Made by a program: the position numbers and the translations under genes. 64,000 nt of DNA from Carcharhinus longimanus. Taxonomy: Eukaryota. The stretch's first letter is position 1, and every line of letters begins with the position of its first letter. The stretch covers positions 32,582,205 through 32,646,204 of the forward strand of contig JASCQW010000081.1 of the NCBI GenBank assembly GCA_030264375.1. The letters run 5' to 3'. The notes beneath the pieces were generated by a model, which was not told the DNA's origin, searched no databases, and saw only the letters and a program-made list of their open reading frames with translations. This document shows positions 23,553 to 35,253 of the stretch, piece by piece.

Positions 23553-23976
23553 GAATTTACGACCATGACTTGGTACACCAGGCTTTAGTAACAGTTGGCA
23601 ATGGTTTAGCTTATCCCAGCAAAAAGAAATTGCAATTTAGCAATGTAAGATTTTCCTGTACTTCTGAATCTCCTGACATTACAAACCGCCTGGCCCAAAT
23701 TTTTGTTGTGTCTTTTGTTTCCTTCAGTGGAAGTTGAGGTGTTACAATACTGAGGAAAATAAAACTCCTGAGTTTCAATATCCACCCAGAAACAGGGAAG
23801 GGGTGAGAAGAGGAAACTTCTCCATCAGTTGATGAGTTAGTTGGCCCAGTGAAATTCCCCAGAGAAAGTGCCACTGCTTTTGCCCAGAACTCAATAGAAC
23901 ATCAGTGAGGGGGAATGGAAGAGTGAGCTCAGTGGTATAAGCAGATCTGTATTGACCATCATTCCTATAATATATA

Positions 23977-24184
23977 GGGTGAGGTTTTCTGGCCCTTCCC
24001 GCCAGTGGGATATTATGATTTCACTGCAGGTGAACCTCCCATACCCAATACCCAGGCAGCAGGACGGGCGAGTTACGCAAAACGCTACAGATATTGGTGG
24101 GACCAGAAGATTCTGCTGGCAGCCAATGGTGAGCCGCCTCTGCCACCGGAAAACAAACTTTGGGCAGGTTAGAAAATCCCACCC
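23977..24184. mobile_element. About 210-bp Harbinger-like MITE
   Basis: TIRs gggtgaggttttct / agaaaatcccaccc; same size class as 14470-14667. Confidence 0.7.
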
Positions 24185-24366
24185 ATAAAGAAAAAGCTTT
24201 ATCAACTGTTCAACCAGAGACTGTACTTTGCCAAAGAATTCTCTGCCATGACATACTTGATGTTGGATGAATTTGCTATTTCCAGCAGTTTTAGGAATAC
24301 TTAAAGTCTCGTCAATATTCCCAGGAAAAAGCCTGATGGATATAGGTCAAACCACGAGCATGCCTC

Positions 24367-24628
24367 AGGGGAGAGATACAGAAGGGCCCAGAAGGGCAAT
24401 CTTTTCACACAGGGGATGGTGAGTGTCTGGAACAAACTGACAGAGGTAGTAGTAGAGGAGGTACAATGTCTTAAAAAGCATTTAGACAGTCACATGGGTA
24501 AGATGGGTATAGAGGGATATGGCCCAATGCGGGCAATTGGGACTAGCTTAGTGGTTTAAAAGAAAGGGCGGCATGGACAAATTGGGCCAAAGAGTCTGTT
24601 TCCATGCTGTAAACCTCTATGACTCTAT
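24367..24628 (+). mobile_element. CR1 LINE 3' end
   Basis: gtctggaacaaactg...gggtaagatgggtatagagggatat...acctctatgactctatg tail. Confidence 0.85.
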
Positions 24629-24789
24629 GCTGAGTCATGAGAACATGGAATTCCACATCTGAAGAGCCAGTTCTATCCAGTTCAGATCTACATTCCACCA
24701 GCTACTGTTGCTAATTCATTACAAGTGGGTAAGGAGTAAAAGCTGAATCAAGGGATCTCACACTAAGGTTTTGCCGTGAGAGACTGGAG

Positions 24790-25500
24790 AATATTTGTAT
24801 TTGGAGGGAGCAGGGTGCACTTGGACACGAAGTATATAAAGTTAACATGCAGGTGCAGCAATGAATTAGGAAGGCTAATGGTACATTTTTGTTACAAATG
24901 GATTGGAGTTCAGGAATAAAGAGGTCTCATTGTAATTACTCAGGCATTGGTGAAGCTATACCTAGAGCACTGTGCACAGTTTTCATCTCCTTAACCAAGG
25001 CAGGACACACTTGCCACCGAGTGAGTGCAAGAAAGGTTCGCTGCTAAACCAGTTCCTGGAATGAGCGGGTTGACCTATGGTGGAGATTGAGTAGACTAGA
25101 CTTACATTACCTGGAATTCGGAAGAATGGAAGGTGATCCAGTTGAAACATACAAAATTATTAAGGGGCTTACAGAGTAGATGCTGAGGAAATGCCTTCCC
25201 AAGCTAAGGAATCTGGAACATGGGGTCATAGTTCCAGAATAAGTGGTGGGTCATTTAGCACTGAAATGAGGAGAGATTTCGTCACTCTACAGGGTTGTGA
25301 ATCTTTGGAATTCTGTATCCCTGGAATTGTGGATGCTCAGTCACTGAGTGTATTGAAGACAGAGACAGACGGATTTCTGGGATTAAGAGATTTGGTGGCA
25401 GTGCAGAAAGATGGAGCTGAGACTGAAGATCAGCCATGATGTTGTGGAATGCAGAACAGGCGCAAAGGGATAAATGATACCCTGCTCTTGTTTCTGTCTT
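24790..25500 (+). mobile_element. Degenerate CR1 LINE 3' part
   Basis: LEHCAQF-like, GD..ETYKIIKG-like and ggggtcatag..gtgaatctttggaattc segments, followed by a CR1 3' UTR. Confidence 0.8.
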
Positions 25501-25542
25501 AATCTTCTAACAAAGATGGTAATTCTGACAGCCAGATCTTTA

Positions 25543-25851
25543 AGGCACAGCGGTTTGCACTGCTGCCTCATGGTGCCAAGGATGCGGGATCGATTCCCAG
25601 CTTGGGTCACTGTGGAGTTTGCATTTTCTCCTCGTATCTGTATGGGATTCCTCCAGGTGCTCCGATTTCCTCCCACAGTCCAAAGACATGCAAGTCAGGT
25701 TGACTGGCCATGCTAAATTGCCAATTAGTGTCCGGGGGATTAGTATGGTAAATATGTGGGGTTATGATTATAGGACCTGGGTGGGATTTGGTTGGTGCAG
25801 GCTTGATGGGCCAAATGGCCTTTTTCTTCACTGTAGGGATTCTACAATTCT
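25543..25851 (+). mobile_element. HE1-type V-SINE (tail A)
   Basis: V-domain and cactgtagggattcta tail. Confidence 0.88.
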
Positions 25852-26249
25852 AATCACTAAGGTTTCCTCCAATGTCAGCAGAAAGGGTGAGGTGCAGCCA
25901 AGTGTGCAAGGCCTCATTGAGGCCAAGTTATCAGAGTTGCTGCAGAACGCTGGTGAACAGTTTGTACTACTGATGTCTCCCGATTCTTCAAAGCAGACCA
26001 GTATTTCAGCTTGATAAACTTGGGAACCAGCCGAGGGCAAAGACACAAATAGAAACAGCAGAGAGACCTTATACTGATATCATGCCTAAATCCTACATGG
26101 TTATTTGAGACAAAATTTACTTAGTTACTATTCCCTGAAGTTGCTAGGGGGGATATTCAAACAGGTGGAAGGATGGATAATGTCAACAAAGGAGTGTGTG
26201 CTCTGCGCTCTACTGATGTTTGATTTGGAGAAGTTTCACATTAGAAATA

Positions 26250-27350
26250 CAAACATATGAGAAATGCCGGACCAAAAAAAGGACTGCTAGTCCATTCATC
26301 CCATACAGTTGTGATGTTTTGTGTAACACAATCCATCACTGACAATCACATCCAGAAGCCACACAATCACCTGGGTGAGACAAAATAAATAAAAGTACAT
26401 GTCAATTAGCAGAAAAAGTATTTGGAAAAAGCCTCCCCGACCACTCAGGCATCAAACCTAACCCATTAGACCATTCTGCCCTGGTTAGCTTTATTAGGCA
26501 CCTGAAGTACAAGGTGATCTTTATTTCAGTCAGCAATAGGTTCACTTCTTGTTTGAATGAATTCAATGAATCAGTATTCACCATGTGAGCTGCAATCTGT
26601 TCCACACAACCACTATGATGTAGAAACACAAGACTTTGCACCCAATTTAGTTCCACCTTTATGCAATTTGTAAGAATACCACCCTCCCAACCCCTTGTCC
26701 TCTAAAATCTGCTTCGTTGAAACAATTTGCCAACAAATACATGATCTAATCCCTTCCCTTCATTATCCTACAACCCTTTATCAAATACCCCTGGGCTACG
26801 CTTTTCTAAAATGTAAAGGCCCAGCTCTGAGCTGCTTTAGGCTGAGCATTAATGCTGTGGTCCTCCTTTGAGCCTTTATATCACTGACCAAATGCGGATT
26901 CCAAAACCAGACAGTCTTCTAGATGATGTATTCTAACTAAAGTCTTGCACAAAATGAAAATAAATATGTTATGTTTCTTGACCAATTTCCCTGGAACCAC
27001 ATCCGAGCACCCTATACATTCCAGGTATAGCTTCACCGCATTGGTCATGAAACTTTAGAGATCTATGCACTAGATTTAGTTATTTTTCTTGAAGAATATT
27101 ATGCCTGCTCTGCGTTGAATCCACCAATATATTTTATTGAGGTGAAACATCATTTGTAAGTCACAGGGTCACCCCCTCAATGCACCTAAATTTACTCAAA
27201 GTGGACAAGCATCCTAATTCTCACACATGTATCATCTTGCAGATCATCTCCCACTAAATCATTCATGAAAAATAGTAATGTCCTAATGCTTTTCCCTGTG
27301 GTAAACCACTGGTGCCTGGTCTCCTGGCGGATCCAATTCCATCTATGACC
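26250..27350 (-). mobile_element. Old CR1-like LINE fragment
   Basis: The minus strand shows VNTDSLNSFKQEV-like C-terminus, GIGSAR..GTSGLPQG-like and YRVLGCGSRE-like RT remnants. Confidence 0.5.
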
Positions 27351-27759
27351 TACAGTGTTGAAGATTCAATCAGCATCATTTCCCCACAGGGAAGCGAATC
27401 TGCTGTTCGGACTCGCTCGCTGTTGTGTGTCTTCACACCCACACTGTTTTTACACTTTAGGGAATAGTGGGAGAAGTGGTGGAAGGATTTCTGAGCTGAT
27501 TGTCAGTCCACTGAACCATGTTGAATGCTCTTGCGGCCAACAAGTCCTGGTGTTTGACTCAAATCCAGAGCTTCTGGTCCAGTGGTAGCAGCACTGCGCC
27601 ACTAGCCTCCCCTGTTGTTCTGACCTACACTGACAATTGAGCACCATTTCCCCATTTATCTTGCTTCTTTGAACAGGTGTCAATGATACTTGGAGATTGG
27701 CAGACAAATCAGAATTCAACAGGAGTACAATGAAAACTGCTGGAGAAATTTCAAATTTG

Positions 27760-28770
27760 TGGTCAGGAGAACTTGTCCCATCAGTGTGAAGTTGACTATT
27801 TAACTTACAAACTCCTGGCTTCTGTGTGTACCCTACATAAGTTAATATCAACATCCCAATCTGCAATCAATTATATCCTCAGTTATTCTGCAGCCTGTTT
27901 GTCCAGTCCTGGAGTATGCAAGTTGTGCGTGGGATCCTTCAATAACAAGAGACATAAATAAAAACTGAAGTGATCCAAAGGTATGCTGCACAATTCTGAA
28001 GTTTATTTATTAGTATCACATGTAGGCTTACATTAACATTGCAGTAAAGTTACATGAAAATCCCTTAGTCACCACACTCCGATGCCGGTTCGGGTACACT
28101 GCGAGAGAATTTAACATGGCCAATGCACCTAACCAGACTGTGGGAGGAAACTGGAGCACTCGGAAGAAACCCATGCAGGCACAGGGAGAATGTGCCAACT
28201 CTGCACAGACAGTGACCCAAACTGGGAATCGAACCCCAGTCCCTGGCGCTATGAGGCAGCAGTGCTAACCACTGTGCCGCCCCCTGCATGAAACTGCAAG
28301 AATCAGTCTGGGAAATACACCAGTGTCACATTATTGATCATATTTTTGAAATGGGAATCACTGCAACAAAGGAGGTAGGAAAGCAACTAATCATGTTCTA
28401 TATGGAATGGGCTGATAGGAATTGATAGAAACAAATACCTCGTGACCTCCAACAATGACAAAACATGAGGTAGTGATCCACATAAACTAGAAAGACAATG
28501 GCCAATATTTATAGCCCAGCACAGCATATATCCCCTCAGTGGATACTGTGGTCCATTTAAATTGCTGTTTCCTTCAACAGGATTGTAATAACCCGCTGGG
28601 CAGGAGGGGCCATAAAATCCTTGCCAATTTGTTTCCAAGACAGTCTGTCAACAATCTTTCTTCTCAAGGACAATCCCATTGTGGAACACGCTACCAAAGG
28701 AAATAGCCACAGCCTCATCATTTGAAATCCTTAAGATCCATATCTAGATTATTTCCATTTATAGGTTTTT
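27760..28770 (+). mobile_element. Old LINE RT C-terminus interrupted by a V-SINE (27998-28285, minus, tail B) and a MITE (about 28510-28625)
   Basis: PVLEYASCAWDP..RDINKTEVIQRYAAQF | SVTLL..LKWESLQQRR..IMFY | QSFFSRTIPLWNTLPKEIATASSFEILK; the pieces are collinear once the inserts are removed. Confidence 0.75.
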
Positions 28771-28879
28771 TTATCATCAGGATTACCACATCAGCTGACG
28801 TGTTTGGTTAACTTGCACTAGCCATATAAATATCAGCGGAATACAGATGTTAGTCTCTGATCGCTACGTAGCCAAAGCA

Positions 28880-29620
28880 GAAGCAGAAAACCAACTCCTT
28901 TGTCAATGTTCAACTGGCTAAGGGTTTTGTTCTGCATTGTGAAGTCTCAGCAGAGCTTTAAGCCATGGAGTAAAGGGATGGCCAAGGTGGGTCAGGCAAA
29001 GACATTGGTGGTAAAACTTGTATTTCTCCTCCTTACCCTACAAGAGTGTCAAAGCGTCGACAGTGATTGCCTTCTCTGGCATCCACTGAGACATCCAATA
29101 CTTGCATATCTGTACCTCACTGATACCTAAAGGGCAGATTGTTTCAATATTTGTTTTATATTTCTCCGGTTGTCCACTTGTTCTTAGTAAGGGACCAGGG
29201 ATCATAACAACTGAAATTTCTCAAAGGAATGAAAAATATTCTCAACAAGTGCTGTGTGCAACGATTGATCTGATGACAACCGGGGCGAATAACAAGGAGG
29301 CCCTAAGCATTTCAAATCACTCAGAAACAAATAGCATCAGACTCTTTCTCATCAAAATCTTCACCAGGGTTCAGTCTTTCTTTGATTCAGAGTCTGATAA
29401 AGTGCAGGTTGAAGCTTTTAATGTATTGAGGAACTTAGTCAAGTGTGCAAGTGGAGATTCCAAATCCTACTTCTTCGACAGATCCATTTAAATCCTGGTC
29501 TGCTTGTTGCTGCAGCTGAGTAGAAACAGCAAATAGGTCACTAGCTTTTGTTTATCTAATTGTGATCATAACACGACCAAATTCAACACTGAGCTTGAAA
29601 AAATGAAACTCGAAACAGCT
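28880..29620 (+). pseudogene. MROH1-like (maestro HEAT-like repeat family) pseudogene fragment, frameshifted and apparently intronless
   Basis: Pieces in shifting frames: QECQSV/TVIAFSG/LRHPILAYLYLTDT*/GRLFQYLFYISPVVHLFLVR/GPGIITTEISQRNEKYSQQVLCATID...LFLIKIFTRVQSFFDSESDKVQVEAFNVLRNLVKCASGDSKSYFFDRSI*ILVCLLLQLS...VTSFC. These are collinear with the MROH1 C-terminal region as I recall it (QRVTTTAFLAELL..VRRLVLRGL..IRPFFDSE..FLDQV..LLLHLQD). Confidence 0.7.
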
Positions 29621-29659
29621 ACTAAGATCCCAGGTTTAGGACAAGGCCAATGTTGATGC

Positions 29660-32010
29660 AATGTGACGGAGATTGTCTCCCCTGTAAACTGGATAAATCT
29701 ACTAATGGGTGAAAATTCAGAAGATCAGTGGGAGGTGTTTAAAAAGAATCCAATATGACACAGAACCAGTTTATATCCCGAAGGGACAGGAGCTCTACTT
29801 TATCACACACAATGAAAGGGAAATGACAACACAAAACTAAAAGGAAAATGCAAAAAAAGCACAAATTCTGGGAATGGGAGAGATACAAATGTTATCAAAG
29901 GATGACAAACAGATTCTAAGAGCTACAGAAAAGGGAGTATGACAAAAAAATTTTAAGGAATATCAAATTCAACATAAAGAATTATAATTTACAATTACAT
30001 TGGGAAAAAGTGAAGTGCAATGTGGGCCTCTTGAAAACTGCCAACACTGATATTGCCATAAGGAAATGGTGGACATGGCAAATAATTACTTTGTATCAGT
30101 ACTTACAGTGGTGAACAGCTTTCTAGACATCCCAATAATGAACCAGTAATGTTTCATTAATGTTAAAACTAATGTAAGCAAACAGGAAAATAATGGGATT
30201 AAAGAGTGACAAATCCCCAGAACCAGATGGTTTCCCTCCCAGGATTTTAGAGGAATTGGAATTGCCAATTCCATAACAATAAGCTTCAAATGTTTTTACA
30301 ATTTGGGAACTGTTCCCGTAGATCGGAAAAATGCACACATCACTTAGGCATTTGAAAAAGTTAACAAAGGAAAAAGAGAATTATACAGCAGTTAGCCTAA
30401 CATCTTTTGTCAGGAAATTTCGGGTGGTGCCAGGGAACTAGAGAATGCATAGGATCCCTATAGTGCAGAAGGAGGCCATTTGGCCCATTGAGTCTATGCC
30501 GATTCTCTGAAAGAGCACCTTAGCCAGGCATAAAGCACATGGGATTGAGGGTAATACACTGATATGGATAGAGAATTAATTAACGGACGGAAAACAGAGA
30601 GTAGGAATAAAACGGGCATTTTCAGTTTGCAGGCTGTGACTAGAGGGGTACTGCAAGGATCAGTTATTCACCATCTATATCAATGACTTGGATGTGGGGA
30701 CCAAATGTAACATGTCCAAATTCGCGGATGACACAAAACTAGGTAGGAATGTGAGTTGTGATGAAGATGCAAAGAGGCGTTAGGGAATTTAGACAGGCTA
30801 AGTGAGAGGGCAAGAACATGGCTGATGGAATATAATATGGAAAAATGTGAAGTTATCCACTTTGATATGAGAAACAGAAATGCAGAATATGTCTTAAATG
30901 GTGAAAGATTGGGAAATGTTGATGTCCAAAGAGATTTGGGTGTTCTTGGTCATAAATCATTGAAAACTGGCATGCAGGTTCAGCAGGCAATTGGGAGGGC
31001 AACTGGTATGTTGGTTTTTATTGCAAGAGGATATATCCCAGGAGGAAAAAACTCTTGCTGCAATTCTACAGAGATTTGGTGAGATCACACCTGAGGCATT
31101 GCGTAAAGTTTTGGCCTCCTTATCTAAGGAAGGATATAAATGGCATAGACAGAATGCAGCAATGATTCACCAGACTGATCCCTGGGGTTGTGTGATTGTC
31201 CTATAAGGAGAGATCAAAGTGATTGGGCCTACATGCTCTAGGGTTCAGATGAATGAGAAGTGATCACATTGAAGCAAGGCTTGACAAGGTAGCTGCAGGA
31301 AGGATGATTCCCCTGGCTGCAGGGTCTGGAAACAGGGTCACAGTATCAGGATAAGGGGCAGGCCATTTAGGACTGAGACAAGGAGGAATCGCTTCATTCA
31401 GAAGGTGGTGAATCTTCGGAATTTTTGACCCCAAAGGACTGTCGAGGCTCAGTCATTAAGCATGTTTAAAAGAGAAATTGATAGATTTCTAGATAAAGTT
31501 TTGAAGTTTATTTATTAGTCACAAGTAAAACTTACATTAACATAGCAATGAAGTTACAGTGAAATTCCCCAAGTCGCCACATTCCTGTTTGGGTCAATGC
31601 ACCTAACCAGCATGTCTTTTGGACTATGGGAGAAAACCAGAGCACCCGGAGGAAACTCACACAGACATGGGGAGAATGTGCAAACTCCCCACAGACAGTG
31701 ACCCAAGCCAGGAATTGAACCCACATCTCTGGCGTTGTGAGGCAGCAGTGCTAACCACTGTGCCACCGTGCCATCAAGGTATGAAGGGAAAGGGGGATAG
31801 TGCAAGAAAATGGCATTCCAATGGAAGATCAGCCATGGTCTAGTTGAATGGAATCAGGGTCACAGTATCAGGATAAGGGACGGGCCATTTAGGACTGAGA
31901 CAAGGAGGAATCTCTTCACTCAGAAGGTGGTGAATCTTTGGAATTTTCTACCCCAAAGGACTGTCAAGGCTCAAGGGACTGAGTGGTCTACTTTTGCTCC
32001 AATGTTCCTA
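29660..32010 (+). mobile_element. Degenerate CR1 LINE ORF2 and 3' UTR with nested SINEs (30445-30525; 31495-31773 minus, tail B) and a 119-bp internal duplication
   Basis: DKSPEPDG, YINDLDVG..SKFADDTKLG, MEYNMEKCEVIHF..QRDLGVL motifs and a CR1 3' UTR. Confidence 0.88.
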
Positions 32011-32049
32011 GTTTCCCCAGCGATCAGTGTTGGTACCCTTGCTCTTCCT

Positions 32050-32860
32050 GGTATATACTAATGTCCTGGACTTTGGTGTACAGGGCATGATTTCAAAATG
32101 AACATGCAGAAACAGTAAAAAAAGGGTAGAATTCTAAAGAGGGTGCAGGAGCAGAGGGACCTGGGTGTAAATGTGAATAAGTCATTGAAGGTAGCAGAAC
32201 AGCTTGAGAGAGCACAGTTAATGAAGCATAAGGGTTTCCTAGGCTTTATAAATAGAGGCATTGAGTACAAGTACAATGAGTTTATGTTGAACTTGTGTAG
32301 GACACAAGTCTGGCCTCAGCCAGAGTAATGTGTCCACTTTTGGGCTCTGGGAAGGATGTGAAGGCATTGGAAAGGGTGCAGAAAATAAATGATGAGAACG
32401 GTTCCAGTGATGAGGAATTTCAGTAATGAGGATAGATTGGAGAAGTTAGCACTGTTTATCTTGGGAGAATAGAAGGTTGAGAGATTTGATAGCATTAACC
32501 AAAGTCATAAGGAGTCTGAACAGAATAGATGAGGAAAAGTTGTTCCCACTCTTGAAACGATTGATAAGAAGAGGACACAGATTTAAAGTTACTGGCAAAA
32601 GAAGCAAAAGTGATGTTAGAGAAAGCTTTTTCATGCAGCAAGTGGTTAGGGTTTGGAATGCACTGCCTGAGAGTGTGGCAGGAGCAGCTTCTATTGAAGC
32701 ATTCAAAAGGGAATTAGACTGTTATCTAAAAAGGCAGAATGTGCAGGGTTACGGGGAGAAGTGGGAGAATGGAAGTAAGGCAATCGCTCATTCAGAGAGC
32801 TTGTCAGGACATGACGGGTCAAATGGCCTCCTTCTGTGCTGTCACACTTCTGTGGTTCTA
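32050..32860 (+). mobile_element. CR1 LINE 3' part
   Basis: QEQRDLGVNV..LGFINRGIEYK; DLIALTKVIRSLNRIDEEKLFP...RGHRFKV...VRVWNALPESV...FKRELDCYL. Confidence 0.9.
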
Positions 32861-32939
32861 GAGTCATTGAATTCAGAGTCATATTAGAGTGACTGAACAA
32901 CTTGAAAATGTCAGCTGACCAGAAATAACCAACATGAGC

Positions 32940-33500
32940 ATGATTAAATTTGAAGAAGTGACGTAGGTTGTAGACAGCAGAATGTCAATACAAGCTATGA
33001 GGACAGGTGGGATGGGTCAGCAGAATCTAACATGGAAAAAGCATGAGCTGCAATCAAAGTAAACAGAATGCTAAACTACTTTGAAAGAAATAGTTGAGGT
33101 TCTTATGCAGTTTGTATCTTCTGGCCAGTTTGCATCTTGAGCACTGTGTGCAGTTTCCAACATCAAGGTGATAAGGAAACATTCAAATCCAGCGACTAAT
33201 GTGCAGGAGAACACGGCCAATTTCTTGGATCAGTAGAAATTTGGTCTTGAGAAGAGGCAATTGAGATGGAAATTCAGGAGATATAAAAGAGGTATATAAT
33301 GGTTGAATTAAAGAGAATCTCACCACGTATTTCAAATAAACCAAGATAATAAGACATGCAAGTATAGCTTCAAACTAATGACATTTTGACCTGATGTTCA
33401 GATTTCTTCCTGTAGAGTGCCTCCTTCCTGGAAGGACTTCCAAATTGCAGAGTGGCAACAAAACCTTATAATTATTTAACAGACAGCATGTTGTAATGCC
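32940..33500 (+). mobile_element. Very old CR1-like LINE remnant
   Basis: HLEHCVQF-like and LEKRQLR-like segments in the expected order. Confidence 0.45.
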
Positions 33501-34694
33501 GTAACTGTCCCTTTTTCCAGATGTATTAGTAAGGTACTCTGAATTGCTTCCTTCATTGCCATCTATCTCATGACCTTATACAGCCCAGTTATTCTGGACG
33601 ATGAGCTCAGCCTTGGAGGTGTTAGTGGTGGGGGGAGGGGTGGGATTTTGAAGGTGGAGTCAACACCCAAGTTCTCAACAAATTCAGGTCACTTCCAAAG
33701 TCAATAAACAGTGCATGTCCAAATCCGTGTACAGTGTTTCCTGTGTGATTGCAAACCCACCCTTAGTACACTTTTAAACACAAGGCTTTTGTACAACATC
33801 ACAAGTAAAGCATAACATACTGACCAGTGTGCCTGATTCTCTGCAGTCGCGCAGTTATCATCAGTGGCTCAGTACTTGTGAATAAGTGAAATGTTGGAGT
33901 TCAAGCTGGGGACTTACAGAGCAATTACATCAGTGTCTGTAAATGACTTGAGATATCAACTGTATCCCATAGTGTCTTGTCTAAGACAGGGAAAGACGCC
34001 AGGAAACTGTTCCTGATCATGTTTCAGAACGGACGAGACCGAACTAACTATGACACGGAAGATCTCTATATAACAATCATCTTAATCTTTAAGAGGAATA
34101 AAAACATGTTGCAGTTCATTTTCCAAAATGTGTCCATTAAGCAACTCATGTATAATGAAAAAGGTGATTTACTATTTAATCTGAATAATCTTGCAACCTT
34201 ATACAAGTCAAAAGATGCTTCCTTTGTTCCAAAGAACAAGCTGATATTAGCTTCCAGTAACACTAATGCACCCAATGAATAGCACTGCTTTTCTTCCTTT
34301 TTGTCCCCCTGGCTTAACCTTTTCTGTATGAATCTCAATTTCAGACATTGCCCAGGGCAATACTGCACTCCAGTCAATTCGGCAAAATATCCAGCTGTCC
34401 AAAGCTCTCGAGAAGCATTCTTTTCTTAACTCGTGCTTTTTACACATTATGGGTTAATAAAATGTTCTTTGCTTAATCCATTTTTTTGCAAATCCGCTTT
34501 GCCAGACCACCTTTACATTCAACTGTAATACATTGAGTCATTTATTTCTACATTTAGCCATGACAGCTATTGTAAATCATTTATTCATCTGGAAGGCCAT
34601 ATGATACAGGTGCTATTTTACAGGGACAAGTGTAACACTCTAGTTCGGGCAATTATTTACTTTTAGTTACTTTTATCAAATTCAGGTTTACAGC

Positions 34695-35253
34695 GACATA
34701 ATGGCACAGAGGTTAGCACTGCTGCCTCACAGTGTCAGAGACATGGGTTCGATTTCTGGCTTGGGAAGTTAAAGCTTAAGTTTATTTATTATTGTCACAG
34801 GTAGGTTTAAATCAACACTGCAAGAAAGTTACTGTGAAAATCCCAGGGTCACCACACTCCGGCACCTGTTTGGGTACAGGGAGGGAGAATTTAGCATGGC
34901 TGGTGCATCTAACCAGCACATCTTTCGGACTGTGGGAGGAAACCAGAACACTGTGAGGAAACCCACACGGACACGGGGAGAATATGTAAACTGTATACAG
35001 AGAGTGACCCAAGCCAGGAATTGAACCCAATTCCCTGGCGCTGTGAAGCAGCACTGCTAACCACTGTGCCACCCATATGTGCGGAATATGCACATTCTTG
35101 CTGTGTCTGTGTGGGTTTCCACCAGATGATCTGATTTCCTCCCACAGTCCGAAAGCCTGGCAGGTGCCGGAGTGTGGTGACTGGGGGATTTTTCACAGTA
35201 ACTTCATTTCAGTGTTAATGTAAGTCTTTTTATGATACTAATAAATAAACTTT
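34695..35253. mobile_element. Plus-strand V-SINE (tail B) split by an antisense V-SINE (34766-35074, tail B)
   Basis: Head at 34695-34765, a complete minus-strand copy, then the remaining plus-strand V-domain and tail B to 35253. Confidence 0.85.

Noticed and set aside
29434-29516. Minus-strand terminal exon candidate (LQQQADQDLNGSVEEVGFGISTCTLD*)
   Set aside because: It is better explained as the antisense strand of the MROH-like pseudogene.
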